Positions 52,047 to 62,918 of a stretch of 64,000 nucleotides of DNA are shown piece by piece. A model generated the notes under the pieces. It was not told the DNA's origin. It did no database searches and worked only from the letters and a program-made list of their open reading frames with translations. Location of the stretch: contig JAUGWO010000145.1 in the NCBI GenBank assembly GCA_049724395.1, positions 1-64,000 of the forward strand. The letters run 5' to 3'. How positions within the stretch are numbered: the first letter of the stretch is position 1; each line of letters opens with the position of its first letter. The stretch is from Spongospora subterranea f. sp. subterranea (taxonomy: Eukaryota). The position numbers and the translations under genes were made by a program.

Positions 52047-52729
52047 GAGAACAGACTCGATAGTAGGTGATCTTCTACAGGTTTGGCGAGATGTCCGGGG
52101 AATTCCCACGGTGAATGGGAAACTCCGCATTGTTTGAGGGATATACTGATTGACTGCAGAATGACTGCTAATTGCGCTAATATTTATCCGTCATGACTTA
52201 CGGAGCGGAGCGCATCCGCACGTCCTTCTCCAACGTGGCGGGTGTGTCAACATGATCCAGTGTGGAAAACCAACAAATTATACATTTACGCATTTTGTCC
52301 TGATTTTTTAGCGTAATGGGGATTATTACAGCATGTGTGTATCCGATGCGGTGCTTCCTGTTGTGACGTCGTTGCCCACACGTGTAATAAATTTGGTTTA
52401 CTATGATAAATCGGCATCGCCATCAATTAAAAGCGGCATTACCTAACCTAAACAAAACGACCCAGAGAGGTCAAAGTGTGCACAGTGATCAAGATTTGTT
52501 CATGATCAAGCTATGGGAAAACTTCTTCTCGTAAACAATAAGATAATCTGAACAAGGAGATGAACGTTCAATTGATAGCGTTTTTTTATATGACAAAAAG
52601 ATAGGATATCTAAAATTCAATGTGTGTGGCTAATCAAAGCGTGCTCATTTTACTCTGTGAACTCGACTGTTAACATTTGCGCTTCGAACCGCCGCCAGTA
52701 TTTAAGCCAGAATCGCCTATATCAATTAC

Positions 52730-52867
52730 AAGCACAACGACGACCCCGATCAAGACCAAACCCAATGCCAACTCCGTTCGCTGGTTTTCGATATCGAGAA
52801 AGGCGGGAACAGCCAGCTGTATTTGATCGGGATTCAGGGGATTGGTCAGATCCGGCTCCACGATCTC
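52730..52867 (-). pseudogene. 138-bp duplicated fragment of SLC35F5-like exon 1 (source 48631-48768)
   Basis: Direct near-identical match at a constant 4099-bp offset. Confidence 0.9.
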
Positions 52868-52869
52868 GC

Positions 52870-53549
52870 TGTACCATATGGAAATAATCGATCCTTGGGC
52901 ATAGCCAGGGAGTGCGCCATGGCCTCATCTACCGTGCGTCAAGCAGGATTGCTCGACTCCAGGGAATGGCTAATACACAGATTGAATTTGGAACGGATTC
53001 CAACGTGGAATTGCTACAAAGATCGTTTTGCAAATACATTTGCATCTGCATTTGAATTCGCGTTTGGCGTCTAAATAATGACTGTCAAAATGATTATTGA
53101 TGAAGAGAAGGCTGAAGTGGGTGCTGGGAGCCCCATTAATCTGGGTGACGATACGGCGAGGTCGGGCTGGTGACATCATGGAAACCATAGCCGCGCCAAG
53201 GTTGGCCGAGAGGAACCATTTGGTAAAGTTCCTGGAGGAACTGGAAAGATACGATTTGCATCTTGCTGATGCTGGAAGGTCCGACACAGCAAAAGACGTC
53301 GTCACGATGATCGAGCCGGAGCACCTGGCCGTTATCGCTATACACGAAACTGGATAGGGATCCAGGGGTTGTGACTGGGACCGAGGTACGAAACTGGATC
53401 AAGCAGGAGCTTGTTCGAGGATTGCCGACGGCGGCAGGTACCGTCCAGAAGGACATACTATCGATTAAGATGTCCAGGACTATGGTTGGGAAGTTGTCGG
53501 TGCTGGATTTACTAACCAGGCAGGAAAAGGTGATTAAAGACAAGGGTTT
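52870..53549 (+). mobile_element. Truncated LTR-retrotransposon 5' part (gag-like)
   Basis: Begins TGTACC exactly where the SLC35F5 copy stops. Possible PBS TGGCGTC at ~53065. APRLAERNHLVKFLEELERY...EVRNWI is gag-like, with an in-frame stop. Confidence 0.45.
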
Positions 53550-53960
53550 TCTCGGCCAAGGGCAGGTATGGACAACTAAAATGATCTCGTTTCCGATTTG
53601 AGTTGCTTTTGCCAATTTAGGGGCCTCATGCGGCAGCAGCAATTATGATTCTTTCCTCTTGTTTCACTAAATGCCGGCAACGACCCAGTTTGCAACGATA
53701 TTGTGCACCTCGACGTCAGTAAGCACAGTTGTATTTTGACATGATCTAATGCCATCTTCCAAAGTTTCGTTCCTTTCCCTTCGTGGTTGCAACAGACAGC
53801 ATGGGCAGAGATATGTCGTTTGTCAGCGTCGTTCCCGGAATTTTCGTCGTTCGCCTCCACATTCAATGAATATGGGATGGATTGGAAGAGAATATTTGAT
53901 GGTTCCGAGCCACATCGGATTCGTCTACCATCAAGTTTCCAAACTGGTAAACTCAATCAT
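53550..53960. other. Templated patchwork of four local fragments (dynein x2 inverted, intergenic 44747-44769, PPOX 61629-61714)
   Basis: Direct sequence matches within this window; see findings. Confidence 0.93.
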
Positions 53961-56810
53961 TCAGACGTCGTTGGTAATTCAATTTTGTTCGTCAATGATT
54001 CGTTTTCAGTTGTCTTTAATGAGATCTGTTTCCATCCATCTACTTTTTGGTATTGTTGTTTCCCTATGTAATCTTTAACGTATTTCTCACATTGATCATG
54101 TGTTGCTGTAATGTTGTTATTTATCAGTGTGACTTCATCTATCGGGAATAGGGTCCCGAAATGGTTTAGTCTACTATGTCCCATCGGTGTTGCTGGGTTT
54201 GCATGCATGTGATGCAGCAAATAGATCGTGGTGTTCCATTGAATAACGTCACTCAGTTTTGAGAAGGATGACGCTATCCATATCTGTATATCGGTCTTCA
54301 GTACTTCTGTTGCCTGACTTATTATGTTTATGTTGATCTTGTATAAAAACGCTGCTACTGTTAGTTCAAATAGTCCAGCCCATTGTCTATCCTGTTCCAT
54401 CATGTCAAGATATTGGTCAAGATTTCAATTGTCGTTATCCGGTAGGGAGCCTGCGTTGTTCAGTATTTTCGTTGCTATTGTTCTTCCCTGTTTAGGATCT
54501 CTGGCATATTCACATATGTTCCTACGTAGTTGCTCTACTGTCATGTCTGGTATGGCACGTAATAGTCTGATCGCTTCGAATGCGCAATTGCCCACTCCAA
54601 TTACATCTTTGAAGATATACCTTATGTTGTCGATTATAATTGCGCAAATTGAATGTATCCCATTGCTGTTCCCACCCATTTGGGAGTGCCTGTGGTTGTT
54701 TCCTTTCCTTTCAGTTGTATCTGTTTTCTTTCGTCTATTGCTTATCTTTTTTCCCTGTTCTGTTTCGAAGTGCATGATTTCGTTTTCTATATCGTGAATG
54801 TTTGTGGCTATATTGTTGGAGGATGCTAGATTCGTAAGCACATTATTTATAGTGTTAATGGTGTGTCGTTTGCTATTATTCACTTCAGATGGAGTGTTTT
54901 AAGTGGACATGATCTATAGAAATGGCCTTCTTCACCACATGTAACGCAGCTTGAGGTTTCATTGACTTTCGCACATGCGGTTGCCTTGTGCTCTTTAGTT
55001 CTCCCGCAAATGAAGCACACCGCGGGACCACATTTATCTTTTCGCGTACAATGCATTGATAGACATTGTTTGCAAATGTTTGATTCTTTTGATCTTTCTT
55101 CGTTTGCCCTGTAAATTCCCGAAAAAAATGTGCCTTTCATCCTCAATGACTCTTTGAGCATCACTTTGAGTGAAAACGTGAACTTGGCGGTATTTCCTCC
55201 AATCCATTTGCATAGTGCCGGTTTGGGCGGTCTAAAGCCGGCGATGGCCATGCCGTTGCTGACCATTGTTTTCTGTAATCCGTGTATGTAAATCTGTCTT
55301 TTGGTATCTGCACGACGCAGCGTCTCGCAAGGACAAGATGAAGAAAGGTTTTGTTTAACATATCTGTGGCCTAGGCGACCGCAGGTTCTGTTCGCCGTTA
55401 AGGCAGCCCCGGGTATCTCCCAAGTATACCAGCGCATGTTAAACAAAACCCTTCTTCATCTTGTCCTTGCGAGACGCTGCGTCGTGCCGATACCAAAAGA
55501 CAGGTTTACATACACGGATTATTGGAAACAATGGTCAGCAAGCATTCTGTGATTTCGTGGTTAGTTTTACTCTCTCGGTTGGGCTTTTTTCCCTGAATTT
55601 GGCCTGACCTTCTCTAAGTCCTTTCAGTGTTACCGTTCCAGATTTGCTGATGCATATATTTTCCAGCTTTAAATTTTGCACCCATTTCACTGCTCATAGA
55701 AGGTCGCAATCAATTGTGGATCTTCTCCATTGGTCGCTCAAGGCTGCGAAAACGAGAACCGCGCGAGAAGCCGCGCGCGACCTGGGGATTCCCGTTCAAG
55801 GCTTCAAGCGGAGGGGAAAGTGTAATCCGTCCGTGTGAGGATTGTGCGCTTCGATTTTAAGGACGATCGGAGAATTAAAACGATCGGAGAATTGAATACC
55901 TCGATTTAAGGGCGATTGGAGAATTGAATACCTCGATTTACGGGCGGTCGTAGGATTGAATAAAGGACACTTTGCATTTGAGCTGCTATCGGAAGGTTAA
56001 CTCGAGTGTAGTTGTCGAGCGATTGAGCCGAAGTCGCTACAGTTTGCACAGCCTTTTTTTTTTTTGAAAACTCTCGTTTTGCGATTTCGATAGGTCGTGT
56101 TGGGTCGTTTGACCGCTGGTGTTGCACTCATTGTTGTTTCTTTGGGCTGTTAGATCGTGTTCTCTTATGCATTGTTACTAATGTATCTCTTTGATCGCTT
56201 TTTCCGCACTTGTCAATTGGTGCTACCGTTCCATCACTACATACACTATGGTGTATGTTAGCATTGTCTACTGCTCTGAAAAAAGTTTCTGTAGAGCATA
56301 GTTGTTTGTTTGTGTTCTCATTTTGTCTTCTACTTTTTATGATTACGATATCTACTGTGTTTGTTTCGTTTCTTTTAATATAACATTGTGGTGTTATCGT
56401 GTGTTTCTTGACCTATTCCCGTTTAATCCGTTTGCGTGTTAAAAAATGCCAGTTCCGATATATTGGTTCCATAAAAGTTCCAATACATTAGTTTCACCAT
56501 ATCCCGATAAATCGGTTTCATAATCGGTTTTCATCTCTTTCCGATAAATCGGATTGCTCGCTTTGCGGTTTCCCCTTATATGCATTCTTTCGGCTCGTTT
56601 CAAACTTTTTGACAGTTCTCAATTTGCACGAATTCTCACTCCGAAAAATGATTAAGGGGCGGTCTGTCAGCTGTTGCTTATCATGGGTGGGAGTTCACAG
56701 GGGAAGACTCCGAGCATCAACCACCAACTTTGATAATAGCCGACTCCAACCATTAAATAGACACCAATTCAACCGACATCATTCGATGCGTGACTTGCGC
56801 AGTCTATAGC
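53961..56810 (-). mobile_element. Truncated retroelement, probably non-LTR: gag-like ORF with three Cys/His knuckles followed by an OTU cysteine-protease domain
   Basis: CKQCLSMH, CFICGRTKEHKATAC, CVTCGEEGHFYRSCP. The next frame overlaps the stop at 54880-54883 and reads VIGVGNCAFEAI...*...WAGLFELTVAAFLY...NHFGTL. A-rich sense strand. No RT visible. Confidence 0.65.
55257..55540. repeat. 105-bp inverted repeat (55257-55361 / 55436-55540), 74-bp spacer
   Basis: The arms are reverse complements with ~6 mismatches. The ORF track shows the same peptide on both strands (MLNKT.LHLVLARRCVV). Confidence 0.95.
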
Positions 56811-56879
56811 GGAGTGATGGTTTGATCGAATTTCTGGGCGGCTGTATAATGAAATCAGTTAAAAATGATCTTGCGGAGA

Positions 56880-58398
56880 ATCAATTTTTATATGTTGGTT
56901 TGTCAAACGCTTTGTATAGCGCTGACAATAATAAATGATTTAGCATTTTATGCCAGGGGTGTAGTGACCATAGTTAGAACACGGCCATTGGTATCTGTGT
57001 ATGGGAATTACAAGACGTTCATATGCAAAAGTGATTCGAGCAACGCCCAAAACAGTTTTGAGAGGGAACGTTGGATGGGATTGCAATTCGACATGAGATC
57101 ATTCGAGCTCGTGTGGTGGTCAGAAGCTTCGATAGGCTTCCCATATACCTCGAAAGATGATATTCCCAGAAATCGTTCCTGATTTTTACAGACCGTTTGC
57201 AACCGTAAATGATCTGTCGGAGCCGATATAGATGTGTGGATGTTAAGAATAATTGTTTATCGAAGTCAGTTTATCATCATCCCACTTCCAGCGCAAAAGT
57301 GAGTCGACACAAGTGGCCTTTGCATCAGCTGGGAGTATGGTCACTATTGGCGGGTTCCACGCCAGGAACAAAAGACAATACTGAATATTCAAGTTAATCG
57401 CTGTTTGTTCGCAATTGGGTTCATTCACAGATCATCCCGAGCTCAGCAGAAGAGCGGGCGTCGCACCTGGGTCGCTTCGTTCATATAATCGCAATACCGA
57501 GATCAATTCGTTGCAATTCACCGATCCGCACCGATCGAACCCATCACCAAACAATTTGACCATATTGTCATGATTGTAGCGCCGAAGGGTTCGCAGCTCC
57601 GGCGATCGGCCCCAACTACTGAAGAAGTGCTTTGTGGAGGGTAAATGATTCAAGGGCGTCCTTGTCACCACAGTGCAAGGACCGTCATCGTCTGTTGTGG
57701 AACACCCCAGGCACAAGATGCTTAACACAGATATCACACAGCAACTCATTGAGGTTTCGACAATATCTGTATTGATGAAGGCACGTGTGCGCCCTTGCGA
57801 TGTGTCTTCATTAGATATAAGTATACAGCAACCATATAGACCATACAGAAAAAACTATCGCAATTGTGATCCCTGACAGCACAAAGAAGTTAATATTCGT
57901 AAGGCATTCAAGCAAATTGCAGAGGTGGAAAATTAGTTGAACTTGAGACGCAATCACAATCAAGATGGTATTCCAGAGAACAGATGTTCTTGTGAACTAA
58001 ATAATGTTGTTGCATAACGAAACATTCATTATATCAACTGCAACAGTATAATGAAACTCACAAAAAGGGTCGCGCAAGTAGGGGAGGAAACAGGCGGGTG
58101 TACAGCACAGAACACCATCAGTACAGCAGTTCGATTCATGATTCACCACAGATGAAGGTTCGTGATTGGATTCTAGAGCAATGGCGTGATCATTGATCTG
58201 ACTATCAGATACAGTAGTTTCCTTCATTGGAGTTACGATTATGTCCAAAAATTCCGCTGAAACGGTATCTGTCTGAACTTCAGGGCTCATCGAAGGACCT
58301 GCAGGATTGGTATCAACCGGCCCAGCAGCATTAACATGGACGGCGACAAAACATTGAGCAGCAATGGCAAAGAGTATGCAGAGAAGCTTTCGCGACAT
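56880..58398 (-). CDS. Putative secreted Cys-rich orphan protein, copy 2 (exon structure and 3' end uncertain)
   Basis: MSRKLLCILFAIAAQCFVAVHVNA...; paralog of 50400-52046. Confidence 0.55.
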
Positions 58399-58568
58399 GA
58401 GAACAGACTCGAACAGACTCGATAGGTGATCTTTTACAAATATGGCGAGATGTCCGGGGAATTCCCACGGTGAATGGGAAACTCCGCATTGTTTGAGGGA
58501 TATACGGTGATTGACTGCTAATTGACTGCTGATTGACTGCTAATTGCGCTAATATTATCCGTCATGAC

Positions 58569-60217
58569 TCATGACCTACGTAGTGCATCATTCGTGTTGA
58601 ATGCAGTGTCGCACTCAGTTAGTCCGTAAAATTCGGTGGGGTCGAATGCGAGACTATAGTGTCGCGTTCGACCAGTTTCTGGTCGGACAGCAGCTGTGAC
58701 CTTCAATTGACCCCGCACTTTTCTCGGATGGATTTGACGACGGATTTGCCAACTGCTCAACAGAGCGCGGCTTTGATTGCAACACCTGCATCACAATCGC
58801 ATCGTGGCAGGGGTCGGGGGAGACCTCGCGGTAGCACTGCTGCTCGATCTGACAGATTCGGTCGGAACTGCTCTACTGCGAAAGGCTGGAAAATTTGCAC
58901 AGAGCATCCTGAAACCATTATGATGGAACCGGCATATGTATCGCCATGTTTTGACGAGAAAGCACGTCACTATGTTCGAGCAGTTTGCTCGACATCTTCA
59001 CTGGTCTTCAAACGAAGGGATATGACACGACGCGTCATGGCCGCACTCTTCTGATGAAGGGCGATACGTTGACTTTTTTGATGAATCATATCCACGATTT
59101 TATTCCCCTCAAAAGGACTCCTACAAGTTGAGGTTTCGTTGCCCGAGATGATATCGTGGTTTTCGATCACGATGTGCCGTGGGCTCAGTTTGGTTGACGC
59201 CGTTGTTGAATCAGATTCTGTGTTGTTTGTCCTCGCTCCTAGTTTCCTTAGTCTCCGCTCCCGCTCCAGTTCCCGCCCTCGCCAGCTAACCTCAGTTTGG
59301 TTAACGCCGTTGTTGAATCGAATTCTGTGCTGTTGGTCCTCGCTCCTAGTTTCCTTATTCTCCGATCCCGCTCCAGTTCCCGCCCTCGCCCTAGTCCCAG
59401 TCTCTCGCCCCTAGTTTCTGCCCTCGCCTCCAGTTTCCGTCCGTGTTCTTTCTCCCCCACTTGGTTCATAACATAGACCATCTAGTTGTCACTTTTGACG
59501 ACGATTTATACGGTACGCGTGCCAAAGATGATCAGGTTAAGACCCTGGCGTCCAGGAAGGCTGACAGAGAGGGTCAGTCAGCGGATGTACTTTGCGACGC
59601 CTTCTTCCGATTGCCAATCTGCATTAGATTTCGACGACGTCAGAAAGGGCAGTCTGAAAACGTTGTGAAATTGCTGCAGATATTGCAAAACTCCAGAGGG
59701 AATAATAGCTCTTCTGGATCTCATTCTTTTAGGCTTGATATCAAAACAGGCCATGAACCGAAGCAAGTAAAAGGGGCTGTGAAATGGTGTGTCCTGTGTG
59801 GCGACAGCCACAGTCAGGCTCATCGAGGCAGACGAACAGGTTTTGAATGCAAACTCTGTCCCGTTCACCTGTGTGTTACGAGTAGAACTGACTCAGCCGG
59901 AAGAAAGGATAGTTGTTTTAGTATCTGGCACAAACAAAGCGTCTTAGAGCATCGTCAAGTGTCCAGCAGTAATGTTGAATTGGAAGCTGCTGAGTCAGCA
60001 ATACCGGTATCGACACGGAATATGAACAATCGACGAATGAGGCGCCGTTCTAGCTAATTCAGATCCTCTATAAACAACACATTTGCTGTGAGACGCTCCA
60101 AAAACAAACGCTTTTGTTCACTCTCGCTATGAGACGAATGCGACACGATTAGTGTCACATTCTGCAGATTGATAGGCGAAAAACATGAAAAAACTGCAGG
60201 AAATTTGTTGGTCTTAA
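58569..60217 (+). mobile_element. Internally deleted piggyBac-like DNA transposon
   Basis: C-terminal Cys-rich domain CVLC...RTGFECKLCPVHLC...CFSIWH. VTFDDD candidate first catalytic Asp. Right end GTTGGTCTTAA and degenerate left end TCATGACCTAC. Matching subterminal palindromes. Confidence 0.7.
59184..59390. repeat. Tandem duplication, 107-bp period, inside the piggyBac-like element
   Basis: ctcagtttggtt.acgccgttgttgaatc...ctccagttcccgccctcgcc at 59184-59283 and 59291-59390. Confidence 0.9.
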
Positions 60218-60297
60218 AGAAATGCTTGAACTGGTATACTGTACTGTAGTCAATTTATTCAACACCCTTCTGGTACTGTATGTGTTTTCGCCAACCT

Positions 60298-60581
60298 AGC
60301 TGTATTTGATAGGGATTCAGGGGATTGGTCAGCTCCAGCTCCACGATCTCGCCTTGCCTCATTTTATCACCGGATATCACCGTATGACAATACCACGTTT
60401 TTTTCGGGCACCTCAGCACCAACCGGCAATCACTTCTCAAAGCGTTCAATGACGACGACCTAGGCACATTTTCGATCACAGAATCTTCCAGCGTTGATTT
60501 CAGGAAGAAATCGGGGTTCATACCTTTACGAGCATTCAACACATCAAAACGCGAAGGAACTACGAATGTGGATTGTTTTGG
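60298..60581 (-). repeat. Direct copy of the SLC35F5-like upstream region and first codons (matches 48716-48995)
   Basis: Shared sequence such as cggatatcaccgtatga and cgggcacctcagcaccaaccggcaatcac; encodes MRQGEIVE.LTNPLNP in both copies. Confidence 0.9.
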
Positions 60582-60867
60582 TGGCATCCGGCATGGTCCT
60601 AGATGAGAGCGGCAAGTTGTGGAACACTGGGTATTGACGAGTTTTCAAAGGGAATGGAAGGGCGAGTTGACACCGGAGCTATATTGTTTCGAGGAACGCG
60701 CATACATGTTCTGCCAAGACTGGTCTGCATATTTTGAGGGAATAGGAAATTACAAGGATTGCTTGAAAAGCATTCAAAAAAGGTAGCCGATAGGCAATTT
60801 GATTGTCAAAAGCGGATTGTGACTATGTTGCTAACAAAGATTTCGCTTGAGCTTATGAATTTGAAAA

Positions 60868-62591
60868 TTAGACATTAGCAAAATTGTATTCTGGCGTTGT
60901 TCTTCCTGGCATTCCATTGGCAAAATCTAAGGCTTCGGTAGTTGCTGCTTTGATACAATCATTTATCGACACACCAGAAATGGCAGTACCCATGATTTTC
61001 AAATTTTTGTTCAAACGCGACGCTTCACAAAGGATATCGCGAATCAGGTGTTCCATGGCCAACGTAGAACTGCGGAATCGCCTCCCGCGCGATATCAACG
61101 GATTTGAAATCGGGTTCAGCGCTAATTCCTAGTAAACACTTGACTGCGTCAAGCGCAATCGCAGTAAGATTGGAATCTCCAGTGTTGACTAAGGCAGGAT
61201 GACGATCTCCACCCATCATTACCGTAACATGGGAGTAGCCTTTAAAATCAGATGCTGAGTACGAGTTCAACATGCAACGGAAGTTCCTACCATTGGGTAC
61301 GTGCCCTGGGAACGTCCTGCTATCAAATGTAATCCCTAATATCTGGGGAGCTTCAATTACACATTTTGGGACTAACACTCCAAACCCTTTTGGCACTCCG
61401 ATATCTTTTCTCCACCCAAATGACACCACGGCTAGTGATGCATAATGAACTGTGTCTAATAGCGACTTCAACGATGAAGACTCAGATAATGTTGACGATA
61501 AAGAGTTCAAGCGACCGGTATGATATACAATATCAAAGTTATCTGAATTGCCATTATCAAATCGTACGCGTAAATCCCTTGTGCAAATGCTTGTCACCTG
61601 ATTATACACATTACATCTCAAGGGTAAACAGTTTGCAACGATATTGCGCACCTCGACGTCAGTAAGCACAGTTGTATTTTGACATGATCTAATGCCATCT
61701 TCCAAAGTTTCGTTTAACGTAGAAAGCCCCCCAATAAGTGAATACATCGACGCTTTTCCCAAACGTTGTTGGATTCGTGTCCAATTGGGGGAATCCTGAA
61801 TATAGTGCAAGAATGAATTGAAGAAAAGTTGGCACAGTAGAAAACTCATACGATAGTACAAGGAGGCTGATGTGGCCGAACAAAAGCTTGTTTCAACAGA
61901 CCACGAACCAAGGATTTACTTTCAACAGCGATATCTGCTACCGCTGGAAAGCAAGAACGCATGGACAACCTATTATGGCCCAGAATAAAAGTCATGACTA
62001 GTGACCGTATAGTTGATGATGAAAGTACCTTGAGGGATCTCCCGAGTAAATACCTGCTGTCATTGCTGAAATTAATAGATCTGTTGTTTCAGGTCCTAAT
62101 CTTTCTCTGAAAAAGTGATCAACGCTAATATCGCCTGATGTTGGAGCTTTTGGCCATAATAAGTCACGAATGGCATGTAAAGGCATTGCTTTAGTCAAAG
62201 GTGACTTAAACATTTGTATCAACGATGATGGCAAAGGATGAATTTTTCCATCCATAGCGACAATATAACGCACGTTAGAGGCTTGAGATGCAGGAATGAT
62301 TTTATCGGATAAACCCAATCGATCGCACAACTGCAGGGTCAATTGACCTATTCACGATGAATTAGACGCACGCTAAGGCATCACCAATGATCCACCTTTA
62401 ATTCTGTTTAAGGAACGAGGACCAGTTTCGTAACGAGCGTCATCATACTTTGCAGTATGCAGCCATCCTCCTAATCGAGATGATTTCTCGCACAGCAGAA
62501 TACGAGTGGCGGGAGCCAGTCGCTGGATTTCATGGCACAGCGTAAGGCCGGTAATCCCTCCGCCAACTATCAAAATCTTACGACTAGACAT
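60868..62591 (-). CDS. PPOX: Protoporphyrinogen oxidase (HemY/HEM14 family), multi-exon
   Basis: ILIVGGGITGL (FAD-binding), RLGGW, ETGPRS, GIYSGDP, GFGVLVP, ILGITFDS, AIPQFYVGH, GVSINDCI. Confidence 0.92.
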
Positions 62592-62918
62592 TACAATCCC
62601 TCGGGTTCAATGTTAGAACCGCATTCTTCGAGCTGTTATGTACGAATGACGTCGCGCGCTGCACTGAACCACAGATAGGATCTCAGGAAATCCCGCGACA
62701 CGAGTGGGGGGCAGCGGACGAGGCCCGGCATTGCGCTGCCGTGCAAAGCATGCAAACAAGGTGATGATCTCGATTGACTGAGGGTGTATCATAACTGCTA
62801 GCATTGGGGAGTATGTTACAGTACACTCATGCAATAAAGTGGGGGACGAAGGCGGATCTGCTCATTCCTCATTGTTGATGTGTTATACTATATTGGGTTT
62901 GCGTCGTATTGATGCTGT

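Larger units (their letters stand above)
50364..58569. repeat. Direct segmental duplication: 49016-49047 + 50364-52198 vs 56815-58569
   Basis: Near-colinear identity across ~1.8 kb, including the secreted-protein gene and its upstream region. Confidence 0.95.

Noticed and set aside
53576..54078. Second dynein gene
   Set aside because: Only 97- and 190-bp copied fragments within the patchwork.
60255..60587. 110-aa ORF MPPKQSTF... as a gene
   Set aside because: It lies in the duplicated SLC35F5-like upstream region. The frame is broken in the 48716-48995 copy and the ORF runs into unrelated sequence.
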